Below the pieces are notes generated by a model. That model saw only the letters and a program-made list of their open reading frames with translations. It searched no databases and was not told the origin of the DNA. Positions 8,906 to 17,915 of a stretch of DNA of 64,000 nucleotides are shown here, piece after piece. The first letter of the stretch is position 1. The number at the start of each line of letters is the position of its first letter. Made by a program: the position numbers and the translations under genes. This stretch comes from Candidatus Lustribacter sp. (GTDB taxonomy: Bacteria; Vulcanimicrobiota; Vulcanimicrobiia; Vulcanimicrobiales; Vulcanimicrobiaceae). Where the stretch lies: assembly GCA_965277805.1 (NCBI GenBank), contig OZ255842.1, forward strand, positions 2,720,001-2,784,000, read 5' to 3'.

Positions 8906-9959
8906 GGCTGCCGAACTCCGGAATCACGCGCTCACCGAAGAGCTGCAACGACTTCGTCGCCATGTGCGCCGGCATGCCGGTAACTTGGTGATGCGTCAGC
9001 AAGACATCGTAACCGCAGAGCTGCTGCTGACGTTCGATTGCACGCGCTACGGTCTGCGGGCTTCCGACGAACGCCAGACCCTCGTCAATCCAGAAGTCGT
9101 ACGATTTCGCGGTCTGGATATAGATGCGACCGATTTCCAGCATCTCGGGCGTCTTCTCCGACTCTTTCAAATTGAGCGCCCGGGCGACACCGCGCTGGCC
9201 GGCGAGGCCTTCCAGCATGAACGGCTCGGCTTCCCGGCGCGCGAGGTCGTCCGTTTCCGCGACGTGCACGTGACGCACGAGCAGTTGCCGCGGCGACTTC
9301 TGGTGGCCGTAGGTCTTCCATTGCTCGAGGTAGCTCGCGAACTTCTCGGCGATGACGTTTTCGACGTCCATGTTCTGCGCGAAGCCGAAGCCGCTTGCCG
9401 CTGCATACGTGATCGACGTGGGGCTGTGACCGCCCATCCAGATCGGCGGCGCCGGTTGCTGGTACGGTCGCGGCTGCGGTTGGGCATTCTCGAACGTAAA
9501 GTGCGCGCCGTGGTGGGAGAACAGATCGTTGGTCCACGCTTTCTGAACCACGTCCATGACTTCAAGGCCGAGTTCGCGGCGCTGCGTGAAGTCGATGCCC
9601 CATGGGCCGAACTCGCGCGCTTGCGTCCCGTAGCCGATCGCGAATTCGAGACGTCCGTGCGAAAGCTGATCCACCATCGCCGCATCCTGCGCGAGACGGA
9701 TCGGATGGTGCATCGGCAACTGAAAGACCATCGCGCCGAAGCGCAACGTCGACGTCTCGCGGGCGACCGCGGCGAGATATACGTTCGGTGAGGAAATGAC
9801 CGGAAAGAGCGCGTTCTGGTGCTCGATAAAAAAGTAGTACTCGTACCCCAGCGACTCTGCCGAACGCGCGAGGTCGATGTGCGCATCGTATGCCGCGGCG
9901 AGATCGCCCCGTTGATCGGGTGCGATAGTGTCGAACACACCGAATTCCAACTTGCCCAT
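8868..9959 (-). CDS. Luciferase-like (LLM class) flavin-dependent monooxygenase
   Basis: AESLGYEYYFFIEHQ, HPIRLAQDAAMVDQLSHGRLEFAIGYG, PRPYQQPAPPIW, LFGERVIP. Confidence 0.92.
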   Translation of the reverse strand: MGKLEFGVFDTIAPDQRGDLAAAYDAHIDLARSAESLGYEYYFFIEHQNALFPVISSPNVYLAAVARETSTLRFGAMVFQLPMHHPIRLAQDAAMVDQLSHGRLEFAIGYGTQAREFGPWGIDFTQRRELGLEVMDVVQKAWTNDLFSHHGAHFTFENAQPQPRPYQQPAPPIWMGGHSPTSITYAAASGFGFAQNMDVENVIAEKFASYLEQWKTYGHQKSPRQLLVRHVHVAETDDLARREAEPFMLEGLAGQRGVARALNLKESEKTPEMLEIGRIYIQTAKSYDFWIDEGLAFVGSPQTVARAIERQQQLCGYDVLLTHHQVTGMPAHMATKSLQLFGERVIPEFGSLSATAAGLRPVG

Positions 9960-9991
9960 GATCCCAACGTTCGAAGAACCGCGCCGCCTCT

Positions 9992-10029
9992 GCTTGCGCG
10001 CGCCTTGCCAATATTGTTCAAAAAGTGCT
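9992..10029 (-). promoter_or_regulatory. Putative AraC-type operator, copy 2
   Basis: Minus strand AGCAC-TTTTT-GAACAA-TATTG-GCAAG-GCGCG-CGCAAGC, between the LLM gene and the divergent AraC gene. Confidence 0.6.
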
Positions 10030-10073
10030 CCCCAGGCGGGGATGGGCCGCCGGTGGCGGCGTAGCTACCGCCG

Positions 10074-10937
10074 ATGAGCGTGGTGTCACCCGCCGATGAA
10101 ATGCTCCCCGTCTCCTCGAGACAAGCCCTTGTCTTGGGCGGTCTGCGGATCGAGCGCGTCCTCATCCATGAAGGCGCGTTTCCGGCGAAGGCGAGCCGCA
10201 AACTCCGCATCGTGGCAACGCTCGGCAACGGCTGGGAAATGCAGATCGACCACGGTCAGCGCATGCGCTACGATCATGGTGAAATTTGCCTGCTACCGCC
10301 GTGGCTCGCACGTCAGTCATTCTTCCGCGCAAGCGGCGACAATTTGCTCATCTCGGTGGATGATTCGTTGTTGATGCGGCTTGCCGGGGAAATCGGCCTC
10401 GACGATCCGTTAGCGTCGCTTCCATTCCAGAAGCTGACCGACGCGACGGTGCACCAATTGATGGCCTCGATCGCTGACGAACTCGGGCCGGGCGGGTATC
10501 GCGGACCGGCGTACACGGAAGCGCTCGCGACCGCGCTGATCGGACATCTGCTCCGCGGCCACTTGCAGGCGTCGAACGTGGTGGTTCACGGAACCGGCCT
10601 CACGCCGCAACGGTTACGGCGCTGCCAGCAGTACATCGAGACCCATCTCGGTGATGAGTTGTCGATCGACGACCTCGCAGCGACCGCCGAGATGAGCCGC
10701 TTCCACTTCACGCGCGCGTTCAAAAAGGCGATGGGTCAAACCCCGCATCGTTACGTCATCGAACGGCGAATCAGCGTCGCGCGCATGATGATGCAGACGA
10801 CGTCGCGTCCGGTCAATGAGATTGCGAACGAACTGGGTTTTTCCAATCAGAGCCATTTCAGCGCGGTATTCAACCAGCTGACCGGCGTGACGCCGTCGGA
10901 GTACCGGCGCAACGGCGCGACCACTAGCACTACATAA
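10074..10937 (+). CDS. AraC family transcriptional regulator
   Basis: C-terminal double HTH: LSIDDLAATAEMSRFHFTRAFKKAMGQTP...IANELGFSNQSHFSAVF..TGVTPSEYR. Confidence 0.95.
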   Translation: MSVVSPADEMLPVSSRQALVLGGLRIERVLIHEGAFPAKASRKLRIVATLGNGWEMQIDHGQRMRYDHGEICLLPPWLARQSFFRASGDNLLISVDDSLLMRLAGEIGLDDPLASLPFQKLTDATVHQLMASIADELGPGGYRGPAYTEALATALIGHLLRGHLQASNVVVHGTGLTPQRLRRCQQYIETHLGDELSIDDLAATAEMSRFHFTRAFKKAMGQTPHRYVIERRISVARMMMQTTSRPVNEIANELGFSNQSHFSAVFNQLTGVTPSEYRRNGATTSTT

Positions 10938-10947
10938 GGAGATTCGT

Positions 10948-11697
10948 TTGAGCATTGTAACCGAGACGACCACGTATAAAGCTAAGGACGGCGTGCAGGT
11001 CTCAACGTTTGTCGCGCGCCCTGACGGGGCGGGGCCGTATCCGGCGCTGGTCCTCGGCTACGAATTTTGGGGCATGCTCGAGATCCCGGCGGGCGCGCCC
11101 CACATGCGCGACTGCGCCGCGCGGTTTGCGGAAAACGGCTACGTCGCCGCGGTCCCCGACTACTACGCCGCCCGCGGGCAACAGCCGACGATGGAAGGCG
11201 GCACGATCACCGGCTCGCCAAGCGACGAGCAGAGTTCGAGCGACCTCAGCGATGCCGTCGACTGGCTCGAAGGCCTGCCGTATGTCGACGGCGCGCGGAT
11301 CGGGGTCGTCGGCTGGTGCGGCGGCGGCCGGCAAGCGTGGTTCTTGGCCGCGCGCAGCAAGAAGATCCGCGCTGCCGCATCCTTCTACGGCCGTCCGATC
11401 AATCGTCCGACGATGCACGGACCCTCACCGATCGATCTGATACCGCAGATGAACTGCGCGCTCTTCGGCGGTTACGGCGCGGCCGATGCCGGGATCCCGG
11501 TCGAGTCGGTCGAGAAGTTTCGCGACGCGCTGCTCGCGCAAGGCAAGACGGCCGAGATCCACATCTATCCGAACGGAAAACACGCGTTCATGAACGACCG
11601 CCGTCCGGAAGGCTACGATCGCGAATCAGCCAACGCCGGCTGGAACGACGTGCTCGATTTCTTCGAACGCTACCTGAAAGTGCCGGTACCTGCGTAG
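10948..11697 (+). CDS. Dienelactone hydrolase family protein
   Basis: AAGGAG RBS with TTG start; nucleophile GWCGGG, YGAAD, HAFMND. Confidence 0.9.
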   Translation: MSIVTETTTYKAKDGVQVSTFVARPDGAGPYPALVLGYEFWGMLEIPAGAPHMRDCAARFAENGYVAAVPDYYAARGQQPTMEGGTITGSPSDEQSSSDLSDAVDWLEGLPYVDGARIGVVGWCGGGRQAWFLAARSKKIRAAASFYGRPINRPTMHGPSPIDLIPQMNCALFGGYGAADAGIPVESVEKFRDALLAQGKTAEIHIYPNGKHAFMNDRRPEGYDRESANAGWNDVLDFFERYLKVPVPA

Positions 11698-11699
11698 CG

Positions 11700-12188
11700 C
11701 TATTGCCACACGCCGCCGAAGAGAAGTCCCGGATAGAGCGGCAACTGCAAGACCTTGTAAAACATACCGTAGACGAACAGGGTCACCGCAACCGCGGTGG
11801 CTCCGCTCGTCACGAACCCCCGCTGCGCGCGCCAGCGCAGCGAGGCGAAGACGAACACCGGCACCGACGCTAACACGCCGATCAGCGTGAACCCGGCGAT
11901 GAGTGCGAGAATCGGCGCAACACCGATCCAGAATGCGCGCGCGGGGCTGGTGCTTTGGGCTTCAACCGGAACCAGTGCCGCCGGATTGAGGGCACTCGTC
12001 AGCGCTCGACCGGCCGGCATATCGGTGCGTGCGACGATGTCCAGCGTGACGAACACCAACGTCATCCACCCGACCAGCAGCGGCATCGCGCGCGCGACCG
12101 GTCCGAGCCGATAGGCGGCGATGATGAACGCCGCGGTGACGAGCCAGATCACGCCCGGCACGATGAACGTGCGCATCGCTGCCGGCAT
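11700..12188 (-). CDS. Tripartite tricarboxylate transporter small membrane subunit, TctB-like
   Basis: Four TM-like segments, C-terminal LQLPLYPGLL; TGATG overlap with tctA. Confidence 0.78.
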   Translation of the reverse strand: MPAAMRTFIVPGVIWLVTAAFIIAAYRLGPVARAMPLLVGWMTLVFVTLDIVARTDMPAGRALTSALNPAALVPVEAQSTSPARAFWIGVAPILALIAGFTLIGVLASVPVFVFASLRWRAQRGFVTSGATAVAVTLFVYGMFYKVLQLPLYPGLLFGGVWQ

Positions 12189-13684
12189 CAGCTCTGTCGC
12201 GCCTTGTGCAATGCGAAACGCGCCGGCGGCACGACCAGCGCAGCGACGATGAGCACGGCCAACGTCACCGAAATCGGGCTCGCGACGAAAATGCCCCAGC
12301 TGCCGTCCGAGATCATCAGGGACTGGTGATAGCTGCGCTCGATGATGCCGCCGAGTACCATGCCGATGACGATTGTGAGGCGCGGGTAATCCTGACGGAT
12401 CAGGACGTAACCGAACACGCCGAAGACGCCGCTGACGATGACGTTGCCGATGCTTTGATCGATCGAGTACGAACCGACGAGCGCGAGGCACACGACGATC
12501 GGCACCAGCACCCGCGTGGGCACGAGCGTGATCGCCGCTAACGGACGAACGCAGAGCAAGCCGATGAAGGATGCCAGCACGCACGCGAGCGTAAGCGCCC
12601 AGACGATGCCGTAGATTTCCGGCTGATGATCGATCAGCATCGACGGGCCGGGCTGGAGTCCGTGCAGCATCAAGATGCCGAGAAATACTGCCATCTCGGC
12701 GCCGGCCGGGATGCCGAAGCCGAGTGTCGGGATGAGATGGCTGCCGTCACTTGCGTTGATCGCCGATTCCGCCGCGATCACGCCCTCGATGTAGCCCTTC
12801 CCGAACGTCTCCGGCTGTTTCGACACTTGCGACGTGATCGAGTAGGAAAGAAACGCCGCTACCGTGCCGCCGACGCCGGGTACGGCGCCGACGACGGTGC
12901 CGATCAGCGAACCGCGCAGCACGGTCGGCCAATGACGGAGCGTTTCCATCAAACCGGCCGTCATGCGCTCGACTTTCACGTGGGCGTCGGCGTTCGAAAC
13001 GATCGCGCCGCCCTTCACCGACAAGTTGATCATCTCGGCAATCGCAAACAGCCCAATCAGCGCCGGCACGATGCGCACGCCGCTCCAGAGGTACTGGCTC
13101 CCGAGCGTGAAGCGCAGTTCGCCGGTCACCAAGTCCTGCCCGATGCAAGCGATCATGAGGCCGAGGCCCGCGGTCACGAGCCCGCGCAGCATCTTGCCGC
13201 GCGATGACAACGCGACGACGACGAGCCCCAGCATGCCGAGCAAGAAGAATTCCGGCGGACGAAACAGCAGCACGATCCGGCGCGCCAGCGGCATGACGAC
13301 CAGCACCGAGATCGTTCCGATCAACCCGCCGATCGAATTCGAACTCGCCGCGGCGCCGATCGCGAGCCCCGCCTTGCCTTGGCGCGCGAGCGGATAACCG
13401 TCGATCAACGTGGCGGCGCTCGGCGCCGCGCCGGGCGTGTTCAGCAAAATGGCGGTGATCGAACTGCCCATCGGCACCGCGCCCATCACGCCGCACGCAA
13501 ACGCGATCGCGCCGAAGGAATCCATGCCGTACGTCAACGGAACGGCGAGCGCGATCGCGGTCGCGCCGCCGATCCCCGGTAGCGCACCAACGAACAACCC
13601 GTAGGCCATGCCGAGCGCGAGCAACAGGAGTTGCACCGGATGAACGAGGCTCGCGAACCCCGTCCACCAGGCTTGCCAGATCAC
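12188..13684 (-). CDS. tctA: Tripartite tricarboxylate transporter permease
   Basis: GALPGIG, ILLNTPG..SAATLIDGYPLARQGKAG, GVIAAESA, IPTLGFGIP, GLQPGP. Confidence 0.92.
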   Translation of the reverse strand: MIWQAWWTGFASLVHPVQLLLLALGMAYGLFVGALPGIGGATAIALAVPLTYGMDSFGAIAFACGVMGAVPMGSSITAILLNTPGAAPSAATLIDGYPLARQGKAGLAIGAAASSNSIGGLIGTISVLVVMPLARRIVLLFRPPEFFLLGMLGLVVVALSSRGKMLRGLVTAGLGLMIACIGQDLVTGELRFTLGSQYLWSGVRIVPALIGLFAIAEMINLSVKGGAIVSNADAHVKVERMTAGLMETLRHWPTVLRGSLIGTVVGAVPGVGGTVAAFLSYSITSQVSKQPETFGKGYIEGVIAAESAINASDGSHLIPTLGFGIPAGAEMAVFLGILMLHGLQPGPSMLIDHQPEIYGIVWALTLACVLASFIGLLCVRPLAAITLVPTRVLVPIVVCLALVGSYSIDQSIGNVIVSGVFGVFGYVLIRQDYPRLTIVIGMVLGGIIERSYHQSLMISDGSWGIFVASPISVTLAVLIVAALVVPPARFALHKARQS

Positions 13685-14640
13685 GGCTTCCCGATAAGCT
13701 CCGCATTCTTGACGAAGAATGCGTGTTGCGTGGCCACCACGGCCGCGGCTTGGGCTGCATTGCCGGGGGCGAGATTTGCGCTAGCCGTTTTCGCACGTTC
13801 CTGTGTGTCGGGATCGCGAATGGCCGCCGCGATCGCGTCGCTGAGACGTTTGCGAATATCCGGCGGCAGCCCGGGCGGTGCGCCGACGAGCGTGTCGAGC
13901 GAGATCTTCGCGAGGTCGGTCTGATGCACGGCACGAGAATTCGGCACGCCCGGCACCGCGTTGCCGTCATCGAAGGACAGCAGCAGCTTCACCTGATGCG
14001 AAGTGATGTACGGCGAGAGCGCGGTCAGGTTGGTGATCACGGCATCGCCGTCACCGCGAATGACGCCGAGGATGTATTCGGGCGCACTCGGGTAGCCGGT
14101 GATGATCTTCCCGTTCAATCCGAGCCGCCGCATCGCGAGCTGCGTGGCGGCGTACGCCGTCGAGCCGGGGCCGGCGCTGGTGAACGATACCGGGCGACCG
14201 AGAGTCTTCAGTCCTGCAATGGAGGTGACCGGCGAATTCGCCGCGACCGCCAACCCATACGTCTCGTGCGCGACGCGGCCGAGCCAGGTGTATTTGTCGA
14301 TGTCGAAGTCGGTGCTGCCCATCAACTGCAGGAGCAACGTTCCGGGCATCGCGACGATGCCGATCGTGTAGCCGTCCGGTCGTGCTTTGTAGAGCTGCGT
14401 CGGCGCGACCGGTCCCGCGTTGAAGTTCTGCGGGAGAATCGTCACGCCCAGTGCCTTCTGCAGTGCGGGAATCAAGAGCCGCGCGCTGATGTCGTACGCG
14501 CCGCCCGGAGCGGCCGGGATGATGAACGTGATCGGCTTTGTCGGGTAATCGGCGGCGCGAACTCCGGTGATAGCAGTCAGGATAACGGCGATCACGATCG
14601 CCGGGAGAAGTAACCGCCGCACCGCCGCCGGGACCTTCAT
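13681..14640 (-). CDS. Tripartite tricarboxylate transporter substrate-binding protein (TctC/Bug)
   Basis: YPTKPITFIIPAAPGGAYDISAR, ARPDGYTIG, GAPPGLP; GAGGAG RBS. Confidence 0.88.
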   Translation of the reverse strand: MKVPAAVRRLLLPAIVIAVILTAITGVRAADYPTKPITFIIPAAPGGAYDISARLLIPALQKALGVTILPQNFNAGPVAPTQLYKARPDGYTIGIVAMPGTLLLQLMGSTDFDIDKYTWLGRVAHETYGLAVAANSPVTSIAGLKTLGRPVSFTSAGPGSTAYAATQLAMRRLGLNGKIITGYPSAPEYILGVIRGDGDAVITNLTALSPYITSHQVKLLLSFDDGNAVPGVPNSRAVHQTDLAKISLDTLVGAPPGLPPDIRKRLSDAIAAAIRDPDTQERAKTASANLAPGNAAQAAAVVATQHAFFVKNAELIGKP

Positions 14641-15278
14641 GCTAACTCCTCGCCGTTGTACATCCACGGCCGATCCGTACTTGCTTGCCGGTAGAAACGC
14701 TCGATCTCGCCGAGCGACTGCAGCGTCGTGTCGATTTCATCGAGGCCGTCGCGCAATTGACGGCGGCGAAATTCGGGCAGCGCGAAGGTGAGCTTTCGTC
14801 CGCGCGGCGAGATGAGGGTGAGGTTTTCGAGATCGAGCGTGAGCAGCGCGCCCGGAGCGCCGGCCGCGCACTCATCCGCCAACTGTACCGTCTCGCTCTC
14901 GTCGAGTTCGATCGGGACGATCCCGTTCTTGAAGCAGCCCGATTGGAACAGCGGACCGAAGCTCGGAGCGATGACGGCGCGAACGCCGAACGCGAGCAGC
15001 GCCCACACCGCGTGCTCGCGCGCGCTGCCGCAGCCGAAGTTCGGCCCCGCGATAACGAACCGCGCTTCGCGAAACGGCGGCCGGTTTAGGACGAAGTCCG
15101 TCACTTCCGTACCGTCATCGTTGAAGCGCCAGAAACGGAAGAGGTCGGTCGACTTCACCGATTCGGCCGCACCTTGCGTTGCAGCGCCACCCTTTTCGGC
15201 CGGCGTGCGCGGAGCGATGATCATCGGGTCGATGTTCGGGCGCAGGATCGCTGCAGCCGCGCCGGTCACTTCGCTCAT
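14637..15278 (-). CDS. LeuD-like aconitase-family hydro-lyase small subunit, divergent
   Basis: LFRFWRF, FVLN, GPNFGCGSAREHAVWAL..FGVRAVIAPSFG, GLDEI; ATGA coupling on both sides. Confidence 0.85.
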   Translation of the reverse strand: MSEVTGAAAAILRPNIDPMIIAPRTPAEKGGAATQGAAESVKSTDLFRFWRFNDDGTEVTDFVLNRPPFREARFVIAGPNFGCGSAREHAVWALLAFGVRAVIAPSFGPLFQSGCFKNGIVPIELDESETVQLADECAAGAPGALLTLDLENLTLISPRGRKLTFALPEFRRRQLRDGLDEIDTTLQSLGEIERFYRQASTDRPWMYNGEELA

Positions 15279-16684
15279 GACGCGAACTCCCGGACGTCGA
15301 CGATGTGTCCGGCCACGGCAACGGCCGCGGCAGTCGCCGGGCTCGCAACGTGCGTGATGCTTTGCGGACCTTGACGATTCGGGAAGTTTCGCGCGATCGT
15401 TGACACCGCGCGCTTGCGCGGACCGAGCAGCTCCGTGAAGCCGTTGCCTTGACCGCCGCACATCGAGCAGCCGGGCTCACCCCAGTGGAAGCCTGCGGCT
15501 CGAAAAATGACGTCGAGCCCCTCGGCCTCCGCTTGACGCTTCACCGCTTTCGATCCCGGAATGACCCACGCATCGAGCGACTTCGCAACCGTGCGGCCTT
15601 TGGCAACGGCGGCGGCGCTGCGCAGATCCGAGATGCGATTGTTCGCGCACGAGCCGATGAAGACGAAATCCACCGGCGTTCCGGCTATCGGTGCGCCCGG
15701 CGCGAGGTTCGTATAAGCCAGCGCTGCTTCGAGCACGGCGCGCCGTTCGCTATCCGGCTCGTTGGCGGGATCGGGAACGTTCTCGCTAATTCCGATGACG
15801 AAATCGGGCGCTGGACCCCACGTGATCAGCGGCTCGACGCGGCTGACATCGATCGTGACGTCGCGGTCGAACGCGGCGTCGCCGTCCGACCCGAGCTGCA
15901 GCCAATCGCGCACCGCCGCATCCCAATCGTCGGTCGACGGCGCATATTTGCGGCCCTTGAGGTAATCGACGGTCGTGTTATCGGGTGCGATCATCACCAC
16001 CCGCGAGCCGAGTTCGACGCCGACGTTGCAGCACGTCAGGCGGCCTTCCATCGGCATCGCGCGGATCACGGGCCCGGCAAGTTCAACCGCGTAACCGGCA
16101 GCGCCGGCGATGCTCAGCTCGCGCAGCACGTGCAGCATCATGTCCTTCGCGGTAATGCCGGCGCCGGGCGTTCCTACGAGCGAAATCCGCATCACCGGCG
16201 GCTTCTTGAGGATGACGGTTTGGGTGGCGAGCGTGTGCAGCACGTCGCTCGCTGTCGAGGCCCACGCCATCGCACCGAGCGCGCCCGAGGTGCATGCGTG
16301 ACTGTCGAGCACGGTGAACGTGCTTCCCGGCCAGACGATCGCGAGTTCCGGCGCGACGATGCTGGTGATGCCCTGATCGAGATCGTCCGCGTCGAAATGC
16401 GTGGCTCCGAATTGCGTCGCTTTGTCGTGCATCATCGTGGTCCAGGAGTTGCGCCGCGAGGCGGCTTGCGCAGGACCTTCAACGAGCGTGGGTACCGTGT
16501 GGTCGGACACGGCAAACGTGCGCTTGGGAAAGCGCAGCGGCAGACCGCGTTCTGCGAGTTGCACGAACTGCGGGGACGAGAGGTCGGTGAGCATCTGCGC
16601 GTCGACGAAAATGAGGCCGAAGCCGTCACCTAGATCCTTGACCAAATGGCGGTCCCAGATTTTCTCGAACAGCGTTTTGCCCAT
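15275..16684 (-). CDS. LeuC-like aconitase-family hydro-lyase large subunit, divergent
   Basis: KTLFEKIWDRH, DSH, [4Fe-4S] ligands IGSCAN and PGCSMC, RNF..RQG, SPATAAA. Confidence 0.88.
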   Translation of the reverse strand: MGKTLFEKIWDRHLVKDLGDGFGLIFVDAQMLTDLSSPQFVQLAERGLPLRFPKRTFAVSDHTVPTLVEGPAQAASRRNSWTTMMHDKATQFGATHFDADDLDQGITSIVAPELAIVWPGSTFTVLDSHACTSGALGAMAWASTASDVLHTLATQTVILKKPPVMRISLVGTPGAGITAKDMMLHVLRELSIAGAAGYAVELAGPVIRAMPMEGRLTCCNVGVELGSRVVMIAPDNTTVDYLKGRKYAPSTDDWDAAVRDWLQLGSDGDAAFDRDVTIDVSRVEPLITWGPAPDFVIGISENVPDPANEPDSERRAVLEAALAYTNLAPGAPIAGTPVDFVFIGSCANNRISDLRSAAAVAKGRTVAKSLDAWVIPGSKAVKRQAEAEGLDVIFRAAGFHWGEPGCSMCGGQGNGFTELLGPRKRAVSTIARNFPNRQGPQSITHVASPATAAAVAVAGHIVDVREFAS

Positions 16685-16746
16685 CACGCTGGCGGCTTCG
16701 CGCAGCCCTCCTGGGGGTCCGCCCGATTCTTGGGTATGCGTTCGGC

Positions 16747-16914
16747 ATGGATACAAAGAACGTACCGGCAGACGATGACTTTGAGGACGAAATCGAACGG
16801 GCGGTCGAAGACAAGCGCGAGGGTGTCCTGGCGGCGGACGCTACCGGCATGGTCCAAAGCGAAGAGACACACGTCGTCGAACTGGTCGATGGGGAAGACA
16901 TCCCGCCTACGTAG
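16747..16914 (+). CDS. Small acidic hypothetical protein (55 aa), below the ORF-track cutoff
   Basis: MDTKNVPADDDFEDEIERAVEDKREGVLAADATGMVQSEETHVVELVDGEDIPPT; fills the gap and stops 3 nt before the next GTG. Confidence 0.6.
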   Translation: MDTKNVPADDDFEDEIERAVEDKREGVLAADATGMVQSEETHVVELVDGEDIPPT

Positions 16915-16917
16915 TTC

Positions 16918-17886
16918 GTGCGCTTCGCGGTAGGCGTCAACTACGCTCCCGATGATGCTGGCACGATCCAAGCGGATCTTGCCGGCATCGCCGCGGCGGG
17001 TATCACCGACGTGCGATTTTTGGTGCCCTGGGATGGACCGCCGTCGGTGGTCGATGATCTCGAGTCGCTGGTCGGCCGCGTTGCCGACGCGGGTCTTCGG
17101 TGTCTGCCGTCGCTGACGTGCAGTCCGGGCATCGGGAACATTTACGGCGGAGCGTTACTCGAACGGCAAGTCGCTTTTGCGCACGATGCGGGTTCGCGGT
17201 TGCGGGCGCATCCGGCGATCACGGCTTGGGATATCGGACATGCGTTTACGTTTGCGAGCCCGCCGCCGGGCGGCAAACTCAGTACAGGCGAGCATGGGAG
17301 CGAGCCCGTGGCGGAACGCATGCTCGCGGGCTGGTCGAAGAAACTCGCCGATTCGTTTCGCACGTCGTCGGCGCTACCGGCGACCGTCGGCACGACGAGC
17401 GATGATCTCATGCATGATAACAACGTGCGCCTTGCGACGCTGTGCGCTCCGCTGCGGTTTGCGTCGATGCAAGGGTCGAACGTGTCGTTGCCGTTCGTTC
17501 GCGATCGCCTCGATGCTGAAGCGCTGCCGTTTCTTGCGATGATCACGGCGGGATTCTCGTACAAGCCGGTGCTTGTTAGCGGGTTTGGAAATCCGTCCTA
17601 TCCGTATTATACGGATGAAGAGAACGCTGCGTATTGCACGGCGGTGCTCGCGCGGCTACATCAGGACGGGCGGCTCGGTGCGTATTGGTTCAACTGGCCG
17701 GGGAGTGATAGCCCCGTGACGGCCGCGCTTGGGGCGTTCGCGCGTGAGGGACGGGAGAGGGTGACGGCGCGGGATATGCCGATGATCTCGAGCACGTATT
17801 ATTATCGCACGCTGCCGACCAGCACGCAGACGTTGTATGACGCGTTTCTCGGGTTTATCGAAGAACGTCGCACAATGTCACCCTGA
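16918..17886 (+). CDS. Glycoside hydrolase clan A (GH5-like) TIM-barrel protein lacking both catalytic glutamates
   Basis: FAVGVNYAP, DLAGIAAAGITDVRFLVPW, HPAITAWDIGHA, KPVLVSGFG, GAYWFNW. Confidence 0.65.
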   Translation: MRFAVGVNYAPDDAGTIQADLAGIAAAGITDVRFLVPWDGPPSVVDDLESLVGRVADAGLRCLPSLTCSPGIGNIYGGALLERQVAFAHDAGSRLRAHPAITAWDIGHAFTFASPPPGGKLSTGEHGSEPVAERMLAGWSKKLADSFRTSSALPATVGTTSDDLMHDNNVRLATLCAPLRFASMQGSNVSLPFVRDRLDAEALPFLAMITAGFSYKPVLVSGFGNPSYPYYTDEENAAYCTAVLARLHQDGRLGAYWFNWPGSDSPVTAALGAFAREGRERVTARDMPMISSTYYYRTLPTSTQTLYDAFLGFIEERRTMSP

Positions 17887-17895
17887 GGGATGACA
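17876..17895. repeat. Short palindrome resembling a collapsed REP-type element
   Basis: TGTCACCCT-G-AGGGATGACA at the junction of two convergent genes. Confidence 0.45.
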
Positions 17896-17915
17896 TATGT
17901 TCACGGCACCGGTGA

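Noticed and set aside
14637-16684. Assigning the symbols leuC/leuD
   Set aside because: Substrate-binding motifs differ and the context is catabolic transport, with no leuA or leuB.
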